A stretch of DNA of 64,000 nucleotides, from assembly GCA_030141605.1 (NCBI GenBank), contig JAQGDQ010000052.1:760700-824699 (forward strand). Reading direction: 5' to 3'. The position numbers and the translations under genes are program-made. Under the pieces are notes generated by a model. It was not told the DNA's origin. It worked only from the letters and a program-made list of their open reading frames with translations, and did no database searches. The DNA is from Tubiluchus corallicola (taxonomy: Eukaryota > Animalia > Priapulida). Positions 51,982 through 64,000 of the stretch are shown here, piece by piece. Each line of letters opens with the position of its first letter. Position 1 is the stretch's first letter.

Positions 51982-54834
51982 GTAAAAATCAGCTATTGTT
52001 TTTCTTTACTGAACTTTTTTACAGTTAAATGATAAGTTAATGTTATCTTAGTAGAGTTATTCTGATCTATTATTGCTCACATGGTGTATATTATTATCTT
52101 GAACATGTTGGACATTTTTAATTAATATTAAAATTCGTTCCTTGATTTCGATTTAAATTTAGATGGGAGTTTTCATTTGCATTTAATTAACATTCTGAAA
52201 GTGGCATAGCTGCTGTACACGTCTTACACCTGTTCCATATACCAGGCATGATGCAGGTCTCAACTTTATTAAATTTTGTTGAAAATCGACACCGCTTGAC
52301 TCGCAGTATACTTCAAAATTTACTAAGATTACAAATTCATCTTAAGTATTCTCGGAATAGATTTATAACATTATCCAGGCTTTTTCGTACGATAGATAAC
52401 ATTGAACTTTCACGGAATGCCACTTTAAATCAGTATGTAGGTGTTTCAGCTGCGTGTGATGGAAGTCTCATTTTCTTGACGCTGTTAACGTTTAATAAAA
52501 AGCCAAAGTGCTAACTTTGCACAAGAAAGAAGATAAATTGCCCAATGAGCCAATCTAGTGACCCGAGTTCAAATTTCAAGATTGAAGTTCACAGAAAAGC
52601 GTTGGTTCAAAATTATTTTCCACTTAGAAAGCTTAATTTAGTGTCGTTGACAATTGAGTACATTTGTGCCGAAGAATCTCAATTTCCCGCTGTAAATAAT
52701 TTTTAATATATATCTATAAACCTATAAAACATACTTCCTATTTGTGCATTATGTGTGTGTTTGTAAACTAAAATTGTATATAAATCGGCATAGTTAAAAC
52801 TAGGTTACGACGCTTCAAAGTAGAATGCACCAGAAATTTGGTGTAATGTCAATTTTTTTGGTTTTTATAAAACAAACGCTAAATATATTGGACTTTAATA
52901 TTCTAGCATCAAATTGTCAAAAAATGTTTAAAAGATACTAAAAATGTAATTTTATAACCCTGTACTCACTAATCTGTCTAGAAACTAGTACTACAATTGA
53001 GGAAAACTTGTATTTTCAAGTAGCCGATGGAAGAAATCGCTTTGCTTCGGGTTTCTTCTGTTGCCAAGCCCAGATCTTCATCAGAAAGAGCCATCTACTG
53101 GATTTAAACATAACATCAATGTGTTCTTGCAAAGTCCGTAGCAACCAACATTTGTACGGTTGCTAAGTGTTTTGTAGAAACAATGGCGAAATTTAACAGC
53201 GATTTTTTTCAAGGTTATGTTTTTTAGTGCGTGGCCTACACCTCTACTTCAGGATGAGTGAAAAACTAGAAAAGCTCAATTGCCGACTTATGAGCGATTT
53301 TGCGAAGCAAGCACACATATAGTTGTTATTGTTTCTTTGCTGTATACTCTTGTTTTACGAGATAAAGCCTTTTCTAGCAGGTTTCGTTTGCAAATTTAAC
53401 ACCTTGTGTAATTAGACTTCGCTTGAAAACCTTAATGGCGTTGATTTATGAGAGCACATATAGGTGCATTAATAATTTGTTTAATTAGTCAATCAAACTA
53501 TAATCGTGTGGATGTAGGCGTAACTTTCGCTTACAAAACAAGTCACTTCATTATCTAGTTACTTAGGCTAGTTATATATATCTATATGTGGGTTACGTGC
53601 TAGTAAACACGTTAGTTACAGGTGGGCGGCTAGAAACACAGCACAGGTAATCAATACTTGTTTTCTAATTATTGTTGCCTATTGTGTGACAAAATTAAAA
53701 TAGCTACAGTTGCTTTGAACGGTTGCTGTTAATTTTCAAAAACAATGACAACAATATAATTAAATTGGTAGCATTAAAAACTCCCGGGATGTCGTAATCT
53801 GACTGAAACGCCCTCTAGCTGGCAACGGGCCTGACTTGATCATAATGGCAATGATATCTTAGTTTCATATACGGACTAGACGAAAAGGGCTTCTACATAG
53901 TTATAGTGGTGTTTTTTCTAAAAGTGGGCAATTTAGCCAGTCTTTCCAACTTGACGACGCTGAATCCGAAAAAAGCTGTTGCCAGCTTGAAAACTTAACG
54001 GAAAAGGGTCTGAAATTTTGCCGATCATGCAATTTTATTAGCCGTTTCACATTAAGATTTATTATAAAAGCAAAAAATATTATTTTTATCACAGAGACCT
54101 TGTTGAATGTAAAAAATTGCTAGTTCGCTTGACGGGTGCAAACTTTTATGATTATATTTTAAGCAAAATTAGCAAGTTTTTCATGATTCTGCTAGATTAT
54201 ATGTGTCGGAAATCCGGCGGCCATTTTGTTTTTTGTTTATTATACTGTTTAAGCCCCTTTGCATACTTTTGGAGTTTTTTAGATTCTCAAAGGTTAAATT
54301 AATAAAAATAAATTGCTTTTTGTATTTATAACACATCTCTATGTAAAATTTGCATGATCAGCATAATTTCGTTTAGTGAGGCGGCCATTTTGAAAACGGC
54401 GGCTATTTTTGAGAAAAAAAACAAAAATTCTTTAGGTCCAACTATCCTCGACTAGGTGTCGTAATTGCCTCTTAATGATATTTTTCTGGGGAGTTTTTGT
54501 TGTTTTTTTTGCGTTTTTGATCTTTTCTCGCTAGTTTTTCAAGCTGGCAACGGTTTTTTCGGATTCAGCATTGTCAAATTGGCAATTGACAAGATTGGCT
54601 ATACTGCCTAGTTTCAGAAAAAAAACGAATCCAGGCTTCCACTTTTCTGAAAATTCGCCTAGTCTAATATGCAAATAACAGCTGCTGCTGTCACTTAACC
54701 GGTTCTGTTAAGGTAGTAATTATCTTAATGGTGCAAAAGAGCCGCATGTCAATAACATCATAATTGCTTAATTGCTCATTACGACTACTGCTTTGTTTTT
54801 TTGGCTTCAGTAGTTGTTTTTCGTTCATCTGCAG

Positions 54835-54944
54835 GTTATCGTGGAGTACATGAAGCCAGATTATACCGTCTGTACCATAATGCCAGTATTTCAATACACC
54901 GGTTTCGTCCTGCTGTACGGAGCGCTATTATTAAAGAACTGGAG
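54835..54944 (+). CDS. GPR158-like GPCR, exon 7 (TM3)
   Basis: CTIMPVFQYTGFVLLYGALLLKNWR, the class C TM3 motif; canonical splice sites. Confidence 0.9.
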
Positions 54945-56523
54945 GTAATTCTCTTAGAAGTTGGTCAATGCAAATGTATCAACTCCCATGATAACAGTAA
55001 CGGCAACGGCAATTTACTGCCAAGTATAACTGATAGTAGGGCACTTTTGCTTAAACGTTTTTATTAACACTATTTATAATATTGTTGGTATAACTCGGCG
55101 CATAAGCATTTTAACGTGTCAGATCGAGAATGCTTGTACTCCGAGACTGGTTGTCTTGAGATGACATAGATTGCCTAGTGAGAGAAGGTCAAAGGGTTTC
55201 TAGACCCATTGAGAATCAAGTTGTTAACTTAGCTTCTGGAAATGTCAGGTTTTTCTGTAATTCCGCGTGTAGCTTTACTCGAATTAGACACAACTTCTCA
55301 TAATAGGTAAAGTACTCAACTCAAATTGAACCACGATATCGATTTTAGTGAGCTAATTTAATCAAAACTCGAGAAGGTCTTTTTTATTTTGCTTTTTTTA
55401 TTCCCTAGACGCTTCATTGACTTTTTGCCTCTTATCACACCTGGCAGCTGCATTATAGATGATATAGACACCTAAACCGAAAATAAAAACCTTCTCCCAA
55501 GTAGGTCTACGCCCAAAAAGAGCGTTGAAAGTCTTAGTAATAGTCAACAAACTTCAAAAGGGGTGACTGGTAATAAAGTTACAGGAACAAAGTCACAATT
55601 GATTTTGTCTAGGTCAGGGTTAGGGCTAGTATTAGTGTTACGGTTATTTGTTATTTTTTCTGTACCCCCCGTGACTTTTTTCTGTGACTTTTTTACTCGT
55701 GATTTTATTACCTGAATCCATAAAATGAAACTAAAGTGATCAGAAACTTCGAAGTTGGTCTCAATTCTTGTTGATACTTGTTGTTATTTTTCCTACTGCT
55801 TCGTTTACCTTGTTCGTTGATTTCATTTGGATTTACTGCTTTTGTATTTAACCTTTGCCTTTTTAGAATTTCGTTATCTGTCTGTTTGTACGTCAGTCAG
55901 GACTGATCTTAGCTATTTTCGTAGATAATTGTGAGTCTCGTATGTTATTGCATAATGATATTTGAAGTAGATTATCTTTTGGTATATTTGCTTGTTTTTT
56001 ATATGTCTGGATTTTGGGTCATAAAATTTGGTTATAACTAATTCTGATTATTTCAGCTTAACTTTCGTGTTATCATTGCACGTTTTTATGTTGTGTTGTC
56101 ATGCGTTAATAAATGCTTGTCATATGTATGTTATTTCTCAATTATAGTGCTTTATTTCTGCAACAATGTTAAGACCACAGAAGAAACAAATACTAACATC
56201 CTTTGCTTTGAATCTTCACTTACCAGATCAGTCTCTCCGTCTTCTTCACCATCCACCCCGAGCTACAACAAAAAACTCTTATTAACACCTTTCTTTTTCA
56301 CACCTTCCCACCTAACCGTCCGGAATCAGCAATTTTTTTCTTATCGTGAAATTTCTCACATGGTCAACTCAGGACAACGTCAGATAAAAACAGGCAATAT
56401 AACAGGGGTTAACATTTTTACTTAGCACGCATGTCGTCTTGTCGTGAACGCGTGTATATGTCACAGCTAGTTTTAGCGTGTAATTGTTGTTCAGGTAATA
56501 AAGGGCTAACATTTTTACTTCAG

Positions 56524-56741
56524 GATAGCAAAAGTTTTTCGCATCAAGTCGGCAAAAAGGCTGAAAATCACCGATAAGGACTTGGCGAAGAGATTCATGC
56601 TGATTTTATTGCCCACATTCTGTTACTTGGGCGTATGGATTGCGGCAATTCAGGGTGATCGTGTTGTTGAAGTGACAAATAAGCATGGTTTACGGTACAA
56701 CAGTTGTTTAGTAAACTGGTGGGATCATGGAGCTCTCATAG
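56524..56741 (+). CDS. GPR158-like GPCR, exon 8 (ICL2, TM4, ECL2)
   Basis: IAKVFRIKSAKRLKITDKDL..YLGVW..CLVNWWDH; phase 2-1. Confidence 0.9.
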
Positions 56742-56926
56742 GTATTACAATACTAATAATTTCGTTTAGGACGTAGTCTATGGATAATACCTTAAGTAAC
56801 TCGAGGTTATTTCCAAGTTGTAGTAATGTCCGGGCGTTGTAATGTTTGTTGTCTATCTATCAGAATAATGCCAGCAATCAATACGTATATACAAGCTGAC
56901 CATCACAGTGGTCTCTATTATTATTA

Positions 56927-57050
56927 CCGGCACTTGGTCGAATAACCAGCGGTACCATTTTTCAAGTTTTTGGTATGGCTGGGTTGAGAGTTGAACCTAC
57001 GGCCTCCCGGATGGTAGGCGAGCACACTACGATTGAGCTAAGCCACCCGG
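56927..57050 (-). mobile_element. tRNA-derived SINE with a MetaSINE-like core
   Basis: On the - strand: A-box-like TGGCTTAGCTCAATCG, B-box-like GGTTCAACTC, then CATACCAAAAACTTGAAAAATGGTACC. Confidence 0.65.
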
Positions 57051-58325
57051 TACGAGAGAAAGAGAAAGGCAGTGTAAAGCTACTTGCTGCCGTTAGAACT
57101 AGCATAAATCCAAACTTTCAAGTCCGTTTTCAAGTCCAAACTAAATTGTAATAACGTCAATGTTGCAGCTCGCTTTATGTTAGTTCCAAGGGTTGCACAA
57201 TTAGTTTTACACACTCTCTTTCTTTCTCTCTTCACTACCCGTTTTGGAATGCTTGAACTGCTTTTTTATACTGCTATTGAACTATTTAATCTATTTAAGA
57301 GAACCTACATTTCATAAAAGTCTTAAGTCTCACCCAGATCGCTATGTTGTTAGAGTCCTCTATGAAATTAATAAGTCAGGTCAGGTATGTTCGTACGAAA
57401 TATAAGATACCGCTTAACTTTACTTGTTTTAATGTAAAACGTCTAGTAAAAATGAATTTTATAAGGATCTGAATGCCAGAAACCTATGAAATAACAAACT
57501 TGTATGTATTGTAATTTGTTGTGTATGTGAACTTGACTGTATTCTAATTTTATTGCATTTTATTGTATTCTATTATACGATGTACTGTATCTTCGATACG
57601 AAATAAAGAGTTTATTATTATATTAGCTACTATGCATGGATACATTTAAGTGGCGTAGCATACAGGTGCGGATGCGTTTTTTTTGGGGGGGGGGAGAGTG
57701 CTAAATAGTTAAAATCTGTTTATATTGTTTTCAATGCACCCGTTTATGCAGTCTGCGCATGCGTTATTCTTTTTCAGCAGCTATTCCTTTTGATTTTTTC
57801 CGCAGTTATTCCGCAGGTGGAAACGCATACGCATCCCACTTTGCAGATGCGACGTAAACACCACTTTACTAAGAAAGTAATTATAAAGAAACCAAGTGCA
57901 CTCTGGGTTGTGACATTCTGTGCAGCTAGCGCGTGATAGGCTAACAAGTTAGCGGAATAAGGAAGTGAAAAAGCACGAGTTGGGAACATATTTTCAAAGA
58001 GAAAAGTTTGATTAACCCATACGGTTAAACAAAACTTAACAGGACTGTCCAAGATTTCAAGGTTTTGTTTAGCGAACATATAAATATTCGTACAAATGCA
58101 GATTTGTGCATTTCTGTTACAATTTAAGACTGTAGCTTAATTTCAATCACATATATTAAAGCTGAGGGGACTTGATAATGGCAATACAGCCGCATAAGTT
58201 AGAGGAAGACAGGATGATATTTCATATACTACCCCATTTTCAAGTCCGATAAAAATTATACATTTTAACACGATTAATACTGCAAAAGCGTTTTTGATAA
58301 TTAAATAATAGATTAACATCTTAAT

Positions 58326-58772
58326 TAACGGCGGGCGAGCCCAAATATTGAAGACATCACAAACTAACATAATTTTCAGCAGCAAAAATATTCTACGAGC
58401 GTGTTGCACGTGTTTGGAGAAGCGAAAATTGAAGTACAGTGCTACTGTAAGATATTCAATGTGTTGTAATAAAACTAGACAAGTTTTAAGATAAAAATTC
58501 AAATTTAAAATTTACCACTGTGCTCACGCATGAGCTGTCGAACGTGTGTAGTTCGTCAGAAACTAACACATATGAACTTAGAGGTACAACACCTGTTTTT
58601 GTTTAATGCGTTTCCGAAATGCAGGCGTTAGTGCCCGTCTAACTAGCGAATGGCAAAATGCATGTAACAGTGAAGAACTAGTGGCGAGAACGTGAAATAT
58701 TGTGTTTGCGTGGTAAATATTCTTTCACATAAGTCATTTTTGAAGAAATAGTGTGTTACCTTTCAATATTTT
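58326..58772. repeat. Dispersed ~440-bp repeat, copy of 12420-12860
   Basis: Collinear similarity along the whole length. Confidence 0.85.
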
Positions 58773-59136
58773 AAAGAGTAGATTGTTTTGAAAGACTACC
58801 TCGGTTCAACAAAATCAATAATCTTATGACTACTACATGCTAACTCTACTTTTAATAAAACTCTTTCTACATAGCTTTTTATCGTAAGTTTGTGAAGTAA
58901 CAAATCTGCACAAAAATGTAATTAAGTGACGGTCCCTCCAGGAACTACTGTTGCCAGTTATTGTTAGTACAGTGAATGTTTGTGGCCTAGAGGCTCTAGA
59001 CCTTCTAGACATGGATGACACTTGTTAGTTTCATTTTCTTTCAATCTATTTTCTCTTATCACGTTAATTAGAGATAAGCTCAGCATTTAGTGTTATACTA
59101 GTCTTTACACCGTTTACATTTTTACGAAAATTTCAG

Positions 59137-59275
59137 CTCGAAGTCTTTTCCTAATGTGAGGAGTCCATCTTTGCTACGTCATACGAAGAGCGCCATCTAG
59201 TTTCAACGAAGGCAGATATATATCCATAGCAATATATAACTGTATCAGCTGTGGGACATTCGTTGTTATTATTAG
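59137..59275 (+). CDS. GPR158-like GPCR, exon 9 (TM5-TM6) with an in-frame TGA at 59157-59159
   Basis: ARSLFLM*GVHLCYVIRRAPSSFNEGRYISIAIYN; FNE motif; TTTCAG acceptor, GTAAG donor, phase 1-2. Confidence 0.88.
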
Positions 59276-60015
59276 GTAAGGTGCCAAAATGCTAAGATAT
59301 TTTTTTACAGTAATGCACACTTTTGCTACACGTTTCAATAGTACTAGCGAGGCACTGGTATTTCCACTTGATTTAGCATACATGTTATATGTATTAACAT
59401 TTATATGAATTTCCGGTGCATGTCGAGCTTACGAAATACCGAACATCGCTTCCGCTAAATAAAAAGCAAAAAGGCAAAGAAAAAATAAGAAATAACGGTT
59501 AAACAAAACGTGGGTCTATTGTGCGTTGTTATACAGAGCGCAGTTTACATTAACATCGACAGTAACATATGGCTTTCTTGAATATTATCTGATAAATCAT
59601 AATTGATTTATATGTGTACTAATGTAGGCTTACATAATGTAGGCTAATAATGTATAGCTTACATTCTCATCGAGCGAACAACACACACAAATACATCGCC
59701 GTCTGTACACGCAAAATAATCACATCGTTTTTGGTTATTCGCTTGCGGAGTAACCTATAAGAAGGTCTATTTCGTCGAGATCTTGTTGTTATTCTCCTTC
59801 TCGTTCATCTAATATGTAAGTCATCGTAGTTATCACGTAGCTCAACTCGTAGAGAAGATAGGGAGCCGAAATTTGACACAAGGACTTCATACCTCGAAGC
59901 AGAGCACATGTGGATAAAAATGGCCATGCAGCGGCCAGAAACGTAATTTGTTGAAACTCAGTACCACCCGTTCTATATATGGAAATCACGCGAAACCTGG
60001 CACAAAGTTGTTCTA

Positions 60016-60542
60016 ATGTGCGAGCAGCTAACCCTTGTACTTACGAAAACTAAAAAATATGATCATATTACACCCATTCTAAGAGAGTTACATTGGTTGC
60101 CGATAAGGTTCCGAATTCAATTTAAAATTCATTGTATCACCTGCGAAATACTACCTAGTTTGATACCTGCATACTTTACTGATCTTTTAATGTGCCGTAA
60201 CGTAGGCTGAACACTTCGTTCTAATGCTAATGAACAAATTAATTTATATCAGCCAATTCCTAATAAAGTATTCTATGGTGAAAAAGCTTTTTCTGTCTGT
60301 GCTCCACGTCTCTGGAATAACTTACAGTTGCTATACGTTCTACAAATCCATTAGATTGTTTTGAACAACATCTTAAAAACAGATTTGCTTAAATTGTACT
60401 TTTTATGAAGAATCATTTTTAATTTTTAATGCCTTTTAAATTTATGTTGCTTATGAATTTTAAGTGTATTTTATCGTTCAACGTGCTGAGATTTTAAATT
60501 ATCCAGTGCGCTATAAAAATAAATTTTACATTACGTTACATT
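60016..60542 (+). mobile_element. L2-clade LINE 3' fragment
   Basis: KYDHITPILRELHWLPIRFRIQFKI, AFSVCAPRLWNNL; GCGCTATAAAAATAAA plus TTACA tail. Confidence 0.88.
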
Positions 60543-61154
60543 TCGTGCGTTCGTGTGCGTGCGTGTGTTCGTGCGTGCCAGACGTTGAACGTTCGTGCTT
60601 GAGTGCGATAACTGTTATTATTTTCTTTATTTCCATTACAATCAAGTGCAATCCAATGCGTTGAATTCCTATCTACCTACCATAAAAATATGTTACTTCA
60701 TACTGTTGGGTACATTTGTATGTAATAAATAATAATTGTTTTGTATTCTTAATGACGCAACTTTGGTTTATTAAACATCAAGAGCAACCAGTTGTGATTT
60801 TAGTAATAGCAAAACTATGATAAATGTCACGTGGCAATTGTCACCTTCAGTAAAAATGTTGTAAAAAATTATTTACGCCCGATATATTTTATAAATAATA
60901 TCATGAATTAATAAACTCTTTCATTCATTCATTGTATTGATCAACAGAACGAATCAATTAACATACTCATAAAAAGTTGCTGACCTGAGATTTTTTCTTC
61001 TCACCTTTTGAATAATTTTAAATTTTACAAGTTCTTGTACCAGGCAAAAATGGTGATGCTTTATATCTTTTTTGTATATTTCAAAATTGAAATTGTATGT
61101 ATGTCTTGTATGTACTTTTGACGCTAATAAATAAATATCCATATCTAATTTTAG

Positions 61155-61260
61155 GTTATTCATTGCCACACAAACAGGACCTAGCATGATCTACTTTATG
61201 TCGATGTTAGAACTGCAAATAAAAGTTACAGTAACAATGTGTGTCATTTTCTTGCCAAAG
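61155..61260 (+). CDS. GPR158-like GPCR, exon 10 (TM7)
   Basis: LFIATQTGPSMIYFMSMLELQIKVTVTMCVIFLPK, with the class C FxPK motif; phase 2-0. Confidence 0.88.
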
Positions 61261-62505
61261 GTATGGTCATTCAGATCCAAGGCTGTGCTCCTGTTAGAGA
61301 TGGGGGCAGTGGCTGCTCGTGTATAGTGTGATACTGCAGCATCCCTTGTTTTCACTCATTATTGTCAATAATATTCAATATAATAATCTTTTTTCTTTAG
61401 TTCTTTCTTTATACATGTGCGGAACCGGAGCACGTGAAGTACTGTTTGCTTCACAGCCCAAACAACACGGTGTTTGGCTGCTATGCGCAGACTCTGTTCT
61501 TTAGGTAGAAAGAGTTCTGTCGCTCATTGCAGTACGTGTTGTCAGCTGTCACGTGCTTAAAGCTGTGTATATTCTTGAACTGCGACAATTTCGGCTATTC
61601 GTAAGAAAACTATATTTTTTGTTCAGGAGTTTATGAAGGTTAGGTTTAAATTGGTGTGTTTGCTTAAAATTACAATTACAACATTATAATTACACATGTT
61701 TGTTTCGTTTTGCACAGTATTAAAACAATGGCTAAAAATTCTTTATTTTGCAGCACTCCCACTAGTTTTAGCTACGAGCTGCCACTGGATGGGGCCGAGT
61801 TTTGAAATTTTGTAATTCGATTATAATCTTGTTCTTGTAATTCGATATCACGATTAATCTTTTGCGGTGTTTTTTTAGTGTTTCAGCCATATTTTTCAAA
61901 CATAGCGGCACTGAAATATAGCCTATAAGCTTCTTCATGGCTTTCGTCGCTGTTTACCATTTTCGTACTCGCAAACTATTTTTATAGACACGCACATTCA
62001 TTAATTACTCCATTACTGTCTATGTCAACTACACACGTCAGTGAAAACGAATAAGAAGGCTCAGTTTGCGATTGTGCGCATTGTGCAAGGTGAGAAAAAC
62101 GAAGAAAACGCACGAATTCCGTTTATTTGTGCTGAAACACTGCCTTTAGTCAGTGTGAAACACGTATATTTGCTCACGATTAATCTCGATTACTGTTCAA
62201 TCGCCGGTTATATCGGTTTATACATGGTTGTAATCTCGATTAATTAGATTAATCTATTAATCGCCCATCATGTATGCTCCTATGCATGTATATAAATTTT
62301 TGCCTAGTCTTCGCAGTAGCGGAGGAGCTGGCCCGGGGAGGGGGGAGGGGGGAGTAGCAACGGAACGATATTTTTCATCATAGCGTCTCTCTCTTTAAAT
62401 CTCTAGTTCACTAGGTGAGGTAAAAATCTCGTCATTCCCTCCGCAGCTTTCCTGAACAGCTCACTGAAGCTAAGAGTTTGCAGGAAAAATTCTGTACTTA
62501 CTAAG

Positions 62506-62506
<1 letters not shown>

Positions 62507-62571
<65 letters not shown>
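62507..62571. repeat. (TA)n microsatellite
   Basis: Direct reading. Confidence 0.97.
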
Positions 62572-62577
<6 letters not shown>

Positions 62578-63289
62578 ATATTAATTCTTTATTTGTCATT
62601 AAAATGGTTCACTCATTATAATAAAATTGAGTAAGCCTCAGCGTAATGTTAAAATAACAACATTGTTCAAGACAAATGCGTCCAGTGCATACTAAAAAAC
62701 TAAAGTGCAAAACTAAGGTCTAATTATATACAATAGATGAACATATTTACAAACACTATTTATACATTTGACATTACAAAACTAACATAATACGTATTAC
62801 ATTACATAATTTTTTAAAAAATTTTACATTAGTAATCGTTTTACGGAGTCAGGGGCGGGGGTAGATGAAAGTTTTAGTTGTAAATAACTAGAGTAAAACG
62901 CGAGACAATGATTTCCAAGTATTCTCATTGTTGGCACTTTTCGAAGAAGGTAATAATTATGTAAAATTGTGAAATAATTATCAATTTCAATTTAAAAACG
63001 TTGATAGCGAAACAACTGAATTGGTTTATAAATATCATTTCATTTATAAATAGCACGTGCAGATAATGTAGTAAATTAGAAAGGACAGATAAACTGGAAC
63101 AGTCCGCCAGTTTCCTCAATTCAGAAACACAGAAATCGACAATGAACACTTCGCAGTGTAGTAGGCCTAGAAACAAATAATGAGAATGTAACAATGTAAT
63201 TCGCCAATGTAACAATTGTCTATTAATTCTAATTCGTTAGCCCATTTCGTTAACCTGGGATCCCCAAAAGGTCATAATCCGGCCCTGGC

Positions 63290-63359
63290 TACTATCAAAT
63301 TTCTATGACAGTAATTAGAAAAGTGATCTTAATAATAATAATTATTATCTCACAACAGC

Positions 63360-63394
<35 letters not shown>

Positions 63395-63395
63395 A

Positions 63396-63462
<67 letters not shown>

Positions 63463-63650
63463 TAATTTTAATACTACCAAATTTCCATGACAGTGCTCTA
63501 GATAAGTGATCTTAATAATAATAATTACCTCACAATAATAATAATAATGTAATTTTAATACTACCAAATTTCTATGACAGTGCTCTAGATAAGTGTTTTC
63601 ATAATTAATAATAATAATTATCTCACCATAATAATAATGATGTTTTCATA
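63290..63650. repeat. Three-unit minisatellite with an internal (AAC)/(AAT) expansion
   Basis: ACTAYCAAATTTCYATGACAGT..AGAWAAGTG at ~63290, ~63473 and ~63560. Confidence 0.85.
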
Positions 63651-63663
63651 ATTATTGCTGCAG

Positions 63664-63778
63664 TTTTACCGAACGTATAAGGGAAGCGGAAATGAAGTAA
63701 GCAGGATGACAAATGAACAGTCTGCAACAACCTCTACCATGTCATCGGATCCAAGCATTCATACTGCATCTTCTATGG
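63664..63778 (+). CDS. GPR158-like GPCR, exon 11 (cytoplasmic tail; gene continues past the window)
   Basis: CAG acceptor in phase 0; FYRTYKGSGNEVSRM.. Ser/Thr-rich; G|GTAAGC donor. Confidence 0.75.
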
Positions 63779-64000
63779 GTAAGCTTTAGCAGATTTATTC
63801 ACTAGAGGGGAAGAAAAAGGAATTTTAAAGTATCCCAAAGAGCTTTCCATACAAAGTTATACTACCTAAGATTACGCTTTGAAAAACTTATGTAATTGGA
63901 AAAAAATTCTTAATTTAAAACATTCGCACCACCTGCTGAAACGGCACTACACCACTAGAGCAATACGTAATATGTGTACTTCGTTCAGTTACGTATTGCT

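Noticed and set aside
56960-57050. tRNA gene
   Set aside because: The cloverleaf is degenerate and runs directly into a SINE core.
61401-61504. Alternative TM5 exon of the GPCR that bypasses the TGA exon
   Set aside because: It lacks the FNE motif, ends in a stop, and lies after the TM7 exon.

Overview
AT-rich, repeat-dense eukaryotic (metazoan, probably invertebrate) genomic DNA with GT-AG spliced genes; nothing prokaryotic and no CRISPR. Host genes: exon 1 of a B4GAT1/GT49 glycosyltransferase (- strand); a complete two-exon CHST-type Golgi sulfotransferase that sits on the same strand between two exons of a MAM-domain gene; and an 11-exon GPR158/CG31760-like class C GPCR (41136 to beyond the window end). 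The GPCR is in frame throughout except for two G>A lesions: an AA splice acceptor and a TGA at a Trp codon. The most unusual object is a 1718-bp insertion (2269-3986) in a 64-bp satellite. It has TGTT...AACA ends, a perfect 5-bp TSD (CAGAT) and no internal LTR pair, and it carries an intronless glycogenin catalytic domain fused inside a SAP-domain/BEL-gag-like ORF with a PAM2-like motif. The rest is an internally deleted Gmr1-type Gypsy element, a decayed BEL/Pao element, solo LTRs, tandem non-autonomous Helitrons, a hAT MITE, LINE and SINE fragments and many microsatellites. All family assignments are by eye from motifs; no database searches were run.
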